64,000 nt of DNA from Parcubacteria group bacterium (GCA_041659685.1 JBAZXV010000002.1:120195-184194), one strand, 5' to 3'. Shown: positions 1-8,279, counted from the stretch's first letter. Translations and numbers: made by a program. Notes: a model not told the origin generated them from the sequence alone.

Positions 1-316
1 TTTTCGGCATACCTTTTTCAGTCGGACAGTAGAGGCATTTTCCCCGGCAGGGATGGAATTTGGTGAGAACGGCGACGACGGCCACTCCTGAAAGTGTGCG
101 GATTTTTTTGCTTTTAAGTATTTTTTCGAAAGCAGCAGCGCGTATTATTTTTTTTGCGTTTATAAGTTTTTCATAAAAATCCCGAAGGTCGGCATTGCGG
201 GGGGTAGTGGCCTTGAATTGCCCGCAAATTTCTTTTTTAAGTTCGTCAAAATCTTCCGCCGTCTTGCATTTCCGGCGAATTGCTTCTTTAATGATGGTAG
301 CAAACAATTGATTCAT
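1..316 (-). CDS. ELP3-like radical SAM protein, N-terminal part (gene continues beyond window start)
   Basis: Reverse-strand translation from the ATG whose complement lies at 314-316 gives MNQLFATIIKEAIRRKCK...IRTLSGVAVVAVLTKFHPCRGKCLYCPTEKGMPK. The SGVAVVAV...HPC.GKC.YCP radical-SAM cysteine motif is typical of the ELP3/histone-acetyltransferase-like radical SAM family. The ORF runs off the window edge. Confidence 0.6.
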   Translation of the reverse strand, partial: MNQLFATIIKEAIRRKCKTAEDFDELKKEICGQFKATTPRNADLRDFYEKLINAKKIIRAAAFEKILKSKKIRTLSGVAVVAVLTKFHPCRGKCLYCPTEKGMPK

Positions 317-346
317 AGGATTTTCCCAAGACTTAATCTTAAGTGA

Positions 347-1012
347 ATGAAAAAGAGAGAAACTGAAAAAAAAATATTATCCAATCTTGAAACCGGCTAC
401 GATTCAATAGCCGATAAATTTTCAAATACCCGCGCTTTCATGTGGCGGGATTTGGGATTTATGAAAAATTTGGTGGAATCCGACGGTTATATTCTTGATT
501 TTGGGTGCGGGAACGGCAGATTGGCGGGATTTTTTGAGGGAAATTACGGGAAGTATGTTGGGACCGATATTTCTCAAAAGCTCTTGAATATTGCCAGGCA
601 AAGGTATTCTAGCGAAAAAACAGAATTTATCAAAGTAAATCCGATGTTTGAGAGGCTGCCCTTCGGAGACGGTTACTTTGATACTGTTTTTTCAATTGCG
701 GTTTTTCATCATTTTCCAAGCAGAGAATATGCGCTCCAAGTTTCCAAGGAGCTGTATCGTATCTCAAAACCGGGCGGAAAAATCGTCATTTCTGTTTGGA
801 ATTTATGGCAAAAACAATATCTCAAATATCATCAAAAAACAAATAAAGAGTGGATGGATGCGAATATCCCTTTTAAATCCGGAGAAAGAATATTCAATCG
901 CTACCACCATCCTTTTAAGATAGGAGAGTTCGAAGGTCTTTTTCGGGAAGCCGGCTTCAAAACCATGGAAAAGAAAGAAGGCTGGAATTTGCTTTATATT
1001 GGGAAAAAATAG
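347..1012 (+). CDS. Class I SAM-dependent methyltransferase
   Basis: 221-aa ORF with an ILDFGCGNGR glycine-rich SAM-binding motif and a type-11 methyltransferase-like layout. Confidence 0.7.
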   Translation: MKKRETEKKILSNLETGYDSIADKFSNTRAFMWRDLGFMKNLVESDGYILDFGCGNGRLAGFFEGNYGKYVGTDISQKLLNIARQRYSSEKTEFIKVNPMFERLPFGDGYFDTVFSIAVFHHFPSREYALQVSKELYRISKPGGKIVISVWNLWQKQYLKYHQKTNKEWMDANIPFKSGERIFNRYHHPFKIGEFEGLFREAGFKTMEKKEGWNLLYIGKK

Positions 1013-1029
1013 GTGTGGATAAACAGATG

Positions 1030-1086
1030 TTGACTTAGTGATAATAGAAGTGATATAGTGATAATGTTTCATAGAACATGGAACAT
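1030..1086 (+). promoter_or_regulatory. Candidate sigma70-like promoter plus AACAT/ATGTT repeat operator upstream of lexA
   Basis: TTGACT at 1030-1035, an 18-nt spacer, then TATAGT at 1054-1059. Immediately downstream lies AATGTTTCATAGAACATGGAACAT at 1063-1086, an ATGTT...AACAT everted pair plus a GAACAT direct repeat. This is the expected position for LexA autoregulation. Confidence 0.35.
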
Positions 1087-1142
1087 CCGTCTGCGATATG
1101 AGCAGGATGTCGCTGGCGGGCATAACATGTAACAAAAATAAA

Positions 1143-1814
1143 ATGGAAAAAAATCTAACAGACAAACAAAGTCTGATCCTGGAGACTATCAGAGAAATGA
1201 CCGACAGCGGACAGGGGAATCCGACTACCTATAAAGTTTACAAATATCTGGAAAAGAAAGGAGTGAAGGCAGGAAGCGTTAAAAGTGTCTCCCAGGTTGT
1301 TGAGTCTCTTGAAAAAAAGGATCTTTTGAAGCGTGATATTTTTCGAAAGCTGTATCCGGTTGAAAATGATAATTTTTCGGGCGGACTCGAGGGATTGTTT
1401 CGGGTACCCGTTTACGGACTTGCTTCAGCCGGTGACGCACTTGCTTTTGCCGAGGATAATATGGATGGTTATCTTCAGATTTCGGAGAGCCTTTTTGCAC
1501 CCAGCGCTAAGGCAAAACTTTTTGCCGTAAAAACTCTTGGCGATTCGATGGACAAGGAAGGAATCGGGGACGGAGATTATGTAATTTTTGAAAAAAGGGA
1601 CGCTGACTTTGATTTTGACGATAAAATAGTGGTGGCAATCGTAAACGGACTTGCGACCATCAAGCGATATCGCAAGCTTGGAAATGGAGTGATCGGATTG
1701 TTTCCCAGCTCAACCAACAGTTTTCATCAGCCGATATATATCCACGAGTCCGATTCGTTTATGATCGCGGGAGTGTTCAGAAAAGTTCTGCCGGTTAAAT
1801 TTATCAGCCTGTGA
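1143..1814 (+). CDS. lexA: LexA-family transcriptional repressor (S24 peptidase)
   Basis: N-terminal winged-helix region (LTDKQ..ILETI..GQGNPTT). An Ala-Gly cleavage site (LASAGDALA). C-terminal S24 domain with catalytic Ser (KTLGDSM) and Lys (TIKRYRK). The internal start at 1143 (MEKNLT) is preferred over the 1098 start given in the ORF track. Confidence 0.8.
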   Translation: MEKNLTDKQSLILETIREMTDSGQGNPTTYKVYKYLEKKGVKAGSVKSVSQVVESLEKKDLLKRDIFRKLYPVENDNFSGGLEGLFRVPVYGLASAGDALAFAEDNMDGYLQISESLFAPSAKAKLFAVKTLGDSMDKEGIGDGDYVIFEKRDADFDFDDKIVVAIVNGLATIKRYRKLGNGVIGLFPSSTNSFHQPIYIHESDSFMIAGVFRKVLPVKFISL

Positions 1815-1826
1815 TTTGCGAATATT

Positions 1827-2294
1827 ATGATTATTGATTGCTGCAAACGTTTATTGCCTGAAGAATGGGATAAGAAGGAAATCGTCTGGCGGGACAAACC
1901 TTTTTACAGGGACCGTTATTTTTCTTTTCTTCATGTTCCAATTAATTTCGGCGGAAAGATTGCGAAGGGCCTTGAGAACATAAGGGAAGCGGGACTGGTC
2001 TCCGAACAGATGGTGCTTTCAAGACGCGATACCTTATGGGGTGGAGAAATGCTTATCCCTATCAGCAATAAAACTGAACAATTTCAGACAGAGCTTATAA
2101 CCGGAAGATTTCTCACCAGGCTTTTTGAGGGGCACTATGGCGATATGCGAAAATGGATCAAGGAAACGGGGAAATTTTGCGTTGAAAGGGGATATAAACC
2201 GAACGAATATATCTTCTTTTATGCCACTTGTCCAAAATGCGCCAAGAAGCACAGAGACAAGGTGCAGATTGTAATTTTTGCTAAAGTGGAATAG
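1827..2294 (+). CDS. Hypothetical protein, C-terminal CPKC motif
   Basis: 155-aa ORF beginning 13 nt after the lexA stop on the same strand. No recognised family. It ends ...ATCPKCAKKHRDK. Confidence 0.45.
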   Translation: MIIDCCKRLLPEEWDKKEIVWRDKPFYRDRYFSFLHVPINFGGKIAKGLENIREAGLVSEQMVLSRRDTLWGGEMLIPISNKTEQFQTELITGRFLTRLFEGHYGDMRKWIKETGKFCVERGYKPNEYIFFYATCPKCAKKHRDKVQIVIFAKVE

Positions 2295-2337
2295 TAATAA
2301 CACATACAAGACTATCATTCATAATTTGACTTAATAT

Positions 2338-2760
2338 ATGGACTGGCAGGAATTTGATCAAGGAGTTTTCTTAGTCAACCTTTTAGGGATTGTCTACGAT
2401 CCCCAAAAGAAGCTGATTTTGATCGGAAAAAGAAAAAATGACACCTATATCCGCGAACTGAGCTGGAGTTTTCCTGGCGGCCGGCCGGGCTATAAAGAAG
2501 ACTTGGAACACTATTTAAAATTAAAAATAAAAGAGAAGGCAAGCCTTGACGTTGATGTCAAGAAAATTATTTTTGCCAAATCCTATCCTGAAAAAAGAGA
2601 ATTCCTATCGATTTACTATCTCTGCGAAGCAGCTGGCGGCAGGGAAAAGGCGGGAGGAAAATTTACTGAAGTAAAATGGGTTGAACCGGCAGATGTCCAG
2701 CATTATTTTACAACTTCTTTGCATCCATTCTTGCTCGGGTACCTCAAATCTTTAAAATAG
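2338..2760 (+). CDS. NUDIX-family hydrolase (divergent)
   Basis: 140 aa. N-terminal beta-strand region (LLGIVYDPQKKLILIGKR...WSFPGG) and a loosely matching Nudix-box region. Confidence 0.5.
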   Translation: MDWQEFDQGVFLVNLLGIVYDPQKKLILIGKRKNDTYIRELSWSFPGGRPGYKEDLEHYLKLKIKEKASLDVDVKKIIFAKSYPEKREFLSIYYLCEAAGGREKAGGKFTEVKWVEPADVQHYFTTSLHPFLLGYLKSLK

Positions 2761-2849
2761 CTTTCTGATTTTGCTTTTTCCTTCAGGACGTAATATAATA
2801 ATTGGGCACACTTAAGGGGAGTGCCTTTTTTAACCTAAAATAAACATCT

Positions 2850-3401
2850 ATGCCTCCAGCTTTTAAGAGACCGTCTTGGGACGCGTATTTCATGGCCCTT
2901 GCCAAACTGGCCGCTTCGCGCTCGACTTGCATTTCCCGTCCGACGGGATGCGTGATTATTCGGGATAAGCAGGTTCTTTCGACCGGATATAACGGTTCCA
3001 TGCCGGGCGTGCCGCATTGCTCGGACGAAGGTTTTTGCTATCGTCGCAGCATCAAGGCGCCGGATGCGGGAAAATATGATTTCTGCCGGAGCATCCACGC
3101 CGAAGCCAACGCCATCGCACTTGCGGCCCGGACAGGAATCAGCGTTGAGGGAGCAACTGCTTACTTCACGCTTTTTCCATGTTACGTCTGTACGAAACTT
3201 TTGGTGCGGGCGGGAATCCGGGAGATCGTCTATGAATTCGGATATGACTCGAAAAACGCCCAGCGGGACAAGCACTGGCAGGAAGTGGCCGAAGGCGCCA
3301 ACATCAGGATTCGGCAGGTTCGGCTTTCCGAAGAAGACAAGAAGTGGTTTGAAGGATTTTTGCAGGATGACACATCGAGAAGGAGAATACCCAGCGAATA
3401 A
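2850..3401 (+). CDS. dCMP deaminase (cytidine/deoxycytidylate deaminase family)
   Basis: HAEANAI zinc-binding motif and PCYVCTKLL (PCxxC) motif. 183 aa. Confidence 0.8.
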   Translation: MPPAFKRPSWDAYFMALAKLAASRSTCISRPTGCVIIRDKQVLSTGYNGSMPGVPHCSDEGFCYRRSIKAPDAGKYDFCRSIHAEANAIALAARTGISVEGATAYFTLFPCYVCTKLLVRAGIREIVYEFGYDSKNAQRDKHWQEVAEGANIRIRQVRLSEEDKKWFEGFLQDDTSRRRIPSE

Positions 3402-3475
3402 TTTTACGATTTATGATTTACGAATTAAGATTTATGAATTTGTAAATCATTGATTTTAATTTTTTAACAAATTGT

Positions 3476-4015
3476 ATGCTAATCGGAATAAAAGATTTAT
3501 TAAATCTGGTCAAAGAGAAAAAACTCGTGGAAAATCTTTCGGAGCGGGAGCTTAAAAATCCCGAAGGGTCGGGATTTGATCTTCGAATGGGGGAAGTATA
3601 CGAACTTGAAGGGTACGGATATCTTGGCCTTGAGGAAAGGGAAACGCCGAAATCGACCCTGGTCGCTAAATTCGATCCAAAAAAAGTCACTTCCTATATT
3701 TTTGAGCCGGGGAAATATTATCTCATCAAAACAATCGAAACGGTTAATCTTCCCATTGATTTGGCGGGCATTATATTTCCGCGGACAACGCTTTTCCGTT
3801 CGGGTCTCGCGCTTTTCAACGGAATTGTGAATACCGGTTATCAGGGAGAGCTGACTTTCGGTCTTTGCAACCTCGGAAAATCGAATATTAAAGTCGACAT
3901 GGGAGCACGAGTGGTACATATCACCTTTCATGAAGTTTTGGGCGAAGGAAGCCAATATCGCGGTCAATGGCAGGGCGGAAGGGTTACCACTGAAGGAAGG
4001 GAAGTCCAGGTTTAG
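3476..4015 (+). CDS. dCTP deaminase / dUTPase-superfamily protein
   Basis: 179 aa. GSGFDLRMG and the overall beta-rich layout are typical of the dCTP deaminase-dUTPase family. Its position between dCMP deaminase and tmk is consistent with a dUMP/dTMP pathway cluster. Confidence 0.6.
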   Translation: MLIGIKDLLNLVKEKKLVENLSERELKNPEGSGFDLRMGEVYELEGYGYLGLEERETPKSTLVAKFDPKKVTSYIFEPGKYYLIKTIETVNLPIDLAGIIFPRTTLFRSGLALFNGIVNTGYQGELTFGLCNLGKSNIKVDMGARVVHITFHEVLGEGSQYRGQWQGGRVTTEGREVQV

Positions 4016-4088
4016 AAAAAATCAAAGTTCAAAATAAAGGTATCCCGCGAAGCGGGATGGCAATATATTTTTTCATTTTTACACATAA

Positions 4089-4775
4089 ATGAAGAATAAG
4101 AAGAAAGGTTTATTTATTGTTCTTGACGGGACTGACGGGAGCGGAAAGGCGACTCAGACCGAATTATTGGTCCGGAAGCTGAAAAAAAAAGGACACAAGG
4201 TGGAAAAAATTGACTTTCCGCGTTATGGGAAGAAATCAGCCGCTCTTGTGGAGGAATATCTGAACGGAGAATTCGGAACCGCCGAGGAGGTTGGTCCTTA
4301 CCGAGCCTCGATATTTTATGCTTGCGACCGGTATGCCGCCCATTTTCAAATAGAAAAGTGGATTGAAAAAGGAATAACCGTCATTGCTAACCGGTATGTG
4401 ACGGCCAATATGGGCCATCAGGGGGGAAAAATAAAGGAAAAATCGGAACGCAAAAAATATTTTCACTGGCTGTCCGATTTGGAATATAAAATATTTGAAA
4501 TTCCCAGGCCCGATATCAACTTGATACTTCATGTTGAAGCCGGGATTGCCCAAAGGCTGGCGCTTCAAAAAAAGAAGCGCGCATATCTCAAGAAAAAGAA
4601 AGCCGATATTCATGAATTGGACCTCGGGCACCTCAAAAACGCGGAAAAAATATATATCGAAATATCCAAGGTAATTCCGAACATAGAATTAGTCGAGTGC
4701 ATGAAAAATGGAAAGATTATGAAAAGAGAGGAAATAAGCGATTTAGTTTGGACAAAGATTAAGAAATATTTATAA
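4089..4775 (+). CDS. tmk: Thymidylate kinase
   Basis: P-loop LFIVLDGTDGSGKATQ and a typical dTMP kinase layout. Confidence 0.85.
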   Translation: MKNKKKGLFIVLDGTDGSGKATQTELLVRKLKKKGHKVEKIDFPRYGKKSAALVEEYLNGEFGTAEEVGPYRASIFYACDRYAAHFQIEKWIEKGITVIANRYVTANMGHQGGKIKEKSERKKYFHWLSDLEYKIFEIPRPDINLILHVEAGIAQRLALQKKKRAYLKKKKADIHELDLGHLKNAEKIYIEISKVIPNIELVECMKNGKIMKREEISDLVWTKIKKYL

Positions 4776-4811
4776 TAAATGGCTTACTAATGATAAATTT
4801 ATGTGGCGTCA

Positions 4812-4855
4812 TCCTAACATTGAATGTTAGGAGCGCTCAACATTCAATGTTAGGA
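4812..4855 (+). repeat. Two tandem TCCTAA-N9-TTAGGA palindromes abutting the gatB start codon
   Basis: TCCTAACATTGAATGTTAGGA at 4812-4832, then TCAACATTCAATGTTAGGA at 4837-4855. The second copy ends at the A of the gatB ATG. The same stem (TCCTAA/TTAGGA) occurs at uvrB (59519-59541) and in the REPs flanking the RAYT gene (37391-38115). Confidence 0.6.
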
Positions 4856-6297
4856 TGAAATACAAACCGACAATTGGAATGGAGGTTCATGTCGAGCTCA
4901 AGACCGACTCCAAGATGTTCTGCTCATGCAAAAATGAGCTGGGCCTTGATCGGATTCCAAACAAAAATATTTGCCCTGTTTGCACGGGCCAGCCCGGAGC
5001 TTTGCCGGTGGCGAATGAAAAGGCCATTGAGTATGTAATCAGGGCCGGATTGGCGCTTAATTGTGAGATTGCCAGGATTTCCAAGTTTGACCGCAAGAAC
5101 TATTTCTATCCTGACCTTCCGAAAGGATACCAGATTTCCCAATATGATCAGCCGCTTTGCGGAAAGGGATTTTTAGAAATTGGCGGAAAAAAAATCGGGA
5201 TCACAAGGATTCACCTTGAAGAAGACACGGGGAAACTTATTCATCAAAAAGGAACGGATTTCAGCCTTGTCGATTTCAATCGGAGCGGAGTGCCGCTTAT
5301 GGAGCTGGTTACGGAGCCTGAAATTGAATCAGCAGAAGAAGCGAAAAATTTTTGCGAAGAGCTTCAGCTTATTTTGCGATATATGGGAATATCGGACGCG
5401 GATATGGAAAAGGGGCAGATGAGATGCGAAGCGAATATCTCAATCCGAAAAGAGGGCGACAAAAATTTTGGAACAAAAGTGGAAGTGAAAAATTTGAATT
5501 CTTTCAGATCGGTTGAAAAAGCAATCGAATATGAACTCGGGAGGCAGGAAAAAGCGCTGGAAAACGGAGAAAAAATCATTCAGGAAACTCGCGGATGGGA
5601 CGAGGGAAAAATGCAAACTTTTTCCCAAAGAGAGAAAGAGTCGGCGCATGATTATCGGTACTTTCCGGAGCCGGATTTGCCGCCGCTTGAATTCAATGAT
5701 GATTACATCGAAAAAATAAAATGCGAGCTTACGGAATTGCCTGCGCAGAAGATTGAAAGATTCCGGAGGGAATATGAGTTGTCCGAATATGACGCGGAAA
5801 TGCTCGCGCGCGATAAGGATCTGGCGGAATTTTTTGAAAATTCAGTCAGTGAAGCCTGTGAAATTTGCAAGGGCGACGGAAAAATAGCAAAACTTACTGC
5901 CAATTATATAATCTCGGAGCTCAAAAAATATCTGGACGGCCGGAATAAGATTACCGAACTGAAATTAACCCCGGAAAATTTCGGGGAGCTGATGAGTATT
6001 ATTTTTCAAGGAAAGATTAATTCCAGCGCGGCTCAAATCGTTCTTTCTGAAATGGTGAAGACCGGCGCTGATCCGAGTCATGTCATCGCCGAAAAAAATC
6101 TGGGGCAAATCGAAGACGATTCGGAGATAGGAAAAATTATCGAAAAAGTTGTTTCCGAAAACCCTGATCCTGTCGAGGATTACAGAAAAGGAAAGCAGGC
6201 CGCCTTGCAATTTCTTCTGGGGCAGGTTATGAAAGAGAGCAGGGGCAAGGCGGAACCCAAAAAAGCAATGCAGTTAATAAAAGATATTTTACAATAA
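4855..6297 (+). CDS. gatB: Asp/Glu-tRNA(Asn/Gln) amidotransferase subunit B
   Basis: N-terminus MKYKPTIGMEVHVELKTDSKMFCSC and a 480-aa GatB-like layout including a C-terminal YqeY-like domain. Confidence 0.9.
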   Translation: MKYKPTIGMEVHVELKTDSKMFCSCKNELGLDRIPNKNICPVCTGQPGALPVANEKAIEYVIRAGLALNCEIARISKFDRKNYFYPDLPKGYQISQYDQPLCGKGFLEIGGKKIGITRIHLEEDTGKLIHQKGTDFSLVDFNRSGVPLMELVTEPEIESAEEAKNFCEELQLILRYMGISDADMEKGQMRCEANISIRKEGDKNFGTKVEVKNLNSFRSVEKAIEYELGRQEKALENGEKIIQETRGWDEGKMQTFSQREKESAHDYRYFPEPDLPPLEFNDDYIEKIKCELTELPAQKIERFRREYELSEYDAEMLARDKDLAEFFENSVSEACEICKGDGKIAKLTANYIISELKKYLDGRNKITELKLTPENFGELMSIIFQGKINSSAAQIVLSEMVKTGADPSHVIAEKNLGQIEDDSEIGKIIEKVVSENPDPVEDYRKGKQAALQFLLGQVMKESRGKAEPKKAMQLIKDILQ

Positions 6298-6941
6298 ATT
6301 CACCTGAAACGGGGGGCTACTATGCCGAGAGAGTTAGCATGTGAGCAGATAAGTTGTCAGAAAGACGGAAAGAATTGCGATCTTTCTGTCCGGATTTGCC
6401 AACCAATCTTAAAAAGCGGTTTCGCCGTTGATATTGATGAGCAGAACATTCAGATTATCTGCCCAGAGTGCAAAGTTAAGGGAGGAAAAAATCATAAAGG
6501 CTGCTGTACTAAGGGTCCGCCAGCGGGGTGACAGGATGGAGGGTAAAAAAAGTTGCGCCAAAAAAGCGGCTGTGGTTGAACCCGGTTCTTCAGAAGAGGA
6601 GCATTATGCAGAAGAGGGATATATCATTTCGGGTGGTCCTCCCGTGTGCGGAGTCTGTTTCGCTTCCTAATGGCGGCAATCATGAAGACGGGTGCATCTA
6701 TGGGCCGGGAGTAAAGTATTTTTAAGGAGGATCTGAAACTATTCATGAGAATAAAATCCAGGCCAGGGGTGGAGAACCGCCCCTGGCCGTAACTTTATCC
6801 CCCTGCACAGAAGATCGCGAACGTGAACTCGCCGGATAAGTGCTTCCTCTTTCTGTTTCGGGAAATTCCGCTCCCTCTCAAGAAACGGACGGATACCCCC
6901 GTGTGTAAATTCGGGGATCTTTATCAGCAGCCTTATCTTAG

Positions 6942-6970
6942 TTGACACATTATTCGGAGATTAATATAAT
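6942..6970 (+). promoter_or_regulatory. Consensus sigma70-like promoter (TTGACA-17-TATAAT)
   Basis: TTGACA at 6942-6947, a 17-nt spacer, then TATAAT at 6965-6970. It sits 130 nt upstream of the carbamoyltransferase gene. Confidence 0.5.
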
Positions 6971-7027
6971 GACAAAGATGACAAAAAAGATCGGAGTAAA
7001 AATTAGGTCAGGACACATTTAGCGGAT

Positions 7028-7054
7028 TCCCACCCGAAAGGTGGGAGTTTTTTT
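7028..7054 (+). terminator. Intrinsic terminator-like hairpin in the leader of the carbamoyltransferase gene (possible attenuator)
   Basis: TCCCACC-CGAAA-GGTGGGA stem-loop followed by GTTTTTTT. It lies between the 6942-6970 promoter and the 7102 start codon. Confidence 0.5.
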
Positions 7055-7101
7055 AAAAAATACACGAAAATAACAAATAATTAACGAAGAAAACGAAAAA
7101 T

Positions 7102-8142
7102 ATGAGTGAGAAAACATTGAAAGGGCAATCGATTTTGGAAGCTCAGCAATTTAACAAGGAAATCTTAGACGATTTGTTTTTGGAAGCGGACCGAATGAAA
7201 ACAATGTGTGATTTTCTTGATGATGGGAAAGTTTCGGATGAGGACGCCCAGTGGTGCAAAGATGTTCGAAACAAGATGGCGGAAAAAAGAATTGCGCTTT
7301 TATTTTACGAACCAAGCACCCGGACTTGGTCATCTTTTTTTGTGGCGTCGGAAAATGTGGGCGGGCGCGTGCTTCCGGTTCCTCCCGCGAAACAATTCTC
7401 ATCGGTGGTGAAAGGTGAAACAGTGAAAGATACAGTCGCCATGTTTTGCGGCTATGGAGTGGACGCGATTGTAATGCGGACAGACAAGGAAGGCATGGCA
7501 AAAGAAGCGGATGAAGCGGCGCGGACGAACGGACGAGAAGTGGCGATTATAAACGCGGGGGATGGGAAGGGGCAGCATCCGACACAATCGCTTCTTGATC
7601 TCTATACGATTAAGAGATTCTATGAAAATGAGCTTAAAAAAAATATTCACGGAGAAAAAATAAATATTGCTTTTGTGGGAGACCTTGCCAATGGAAGAAC
7701 GGTTCGGTCGCTCGCGTATCTTCTCAATAAATACCAGGAGGCGGGAAAACTCGAATTTTTCTTTGTTTCGCCGACGGTTCTCAAAATGAAAGACGATATT
7801 AAAGAATATCTCGCAGGAAAAGGCGTAAAATATTCGGAACATGAAAAATTAATCGATGTTGTTGGAAAAATAGACGTCTGTTATATGACGCGAGTGCAAA
7901 AAGAAAGGCTCGAAGGAATTCAAGTTGATTATGACTTTATCAGGCAGAATTGCTCGATAACAAGAGAAGTCGCCCAAAAAATGAAAAAGGAATCGATTGT
8001 GATGCATCCGCTTCCGCGCGATCCGGCTTTCGGCGAAATTCCGGAGTGGTTCGACTCGGATTCGCGGGCGAAGTATATTCAGCAGGCGCAAAACGGTCTT
8101 TATGTCCGGATGGCGCTGCTCAAGAAAGTGCTTTTGGGGTAA
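7102..8142 (+). CDS. Aspartate/ornithine carbamoyltransferase family, ATCase-like
   Basis: STRTW (STRTR-like) carbamoyl-phosphate motif. HPTQ motif (GQHPTQSLLD). HPLPR motif (MHPLPRD), which favours ATCase over OTCase (the latter has HCLP). 346 aa. Confidence 0.7.
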   Translation: MSEKTLKGQSILEAQQFNKEILDDLFLEADRMKTMCDFLDDGKVSDEDAQWCKDVRNKMAEKRIALLFYEPSTRTWSSFFVASENVGGRVLPVPPAKQFSSVVKGETVKDTVAMFCGYGVDAIVMRTDKEGMAKEADEAARTNGREVAIINAGDGKGQHPTQSLLDLYTIKRFYENELKKNIHGEKINIAFVGDLANGRTVRSLAYLLNKYQEAGKLEFFFVSPTVLKMKDDIKEYLAGKGVKYSEHEKLIDVVGKIDVCYMTRVQKERLEGIQVDYDFIRQNCSITREVAQKMKKESIVMHPLPRDPAFGEIPEWFDSDSRAKYIQQAQNGLYVRMALLKKVLLG

Positions 8143-8254
8143 TATTTAAGGGAAATATGGAATATTGACAACCTTTTTGATGGGGAGTATTATTGAAAAA
8201 ATGTGTAAGAATACCGGAGACAAAAAAATATTGAAACGATTTTGACGGAAAAAA

Positions 8255-8279
8255 CCGCCCCTGTGGGGGCGTTTTTTTT
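8255..8279. terminator. Bidirectional intrinsic terminator
   Basis: AAAAA-CGCCCC-TGTG-GGGGCG-TTTTTTT, with an A-run before and a T-run after the hairpin. Confidence 0.55.

Noticed and set aside
3064-3453. 129-aa plus-strand ORF in an alternative frame over the dCMP deaminase 3' half
   Set aside because: It overlaps a gene with catalytic HAEANA/PCxxC motifs in another frame. It is Arg/Ser/Gly-rich and spurious.
6322-6725. Three short ORFs (65-80 aa, Cys/Gly-rich) in the gatB-carbamoyltransferase gap
   Set aside because: There are no SD sequences and no family resemblance. The region has strong hairpins, such as cagaaaga...tctttctg at about 6358-6395. It is more likely non-coding or regulatory, so I left it unannotated instead of calling CDS.
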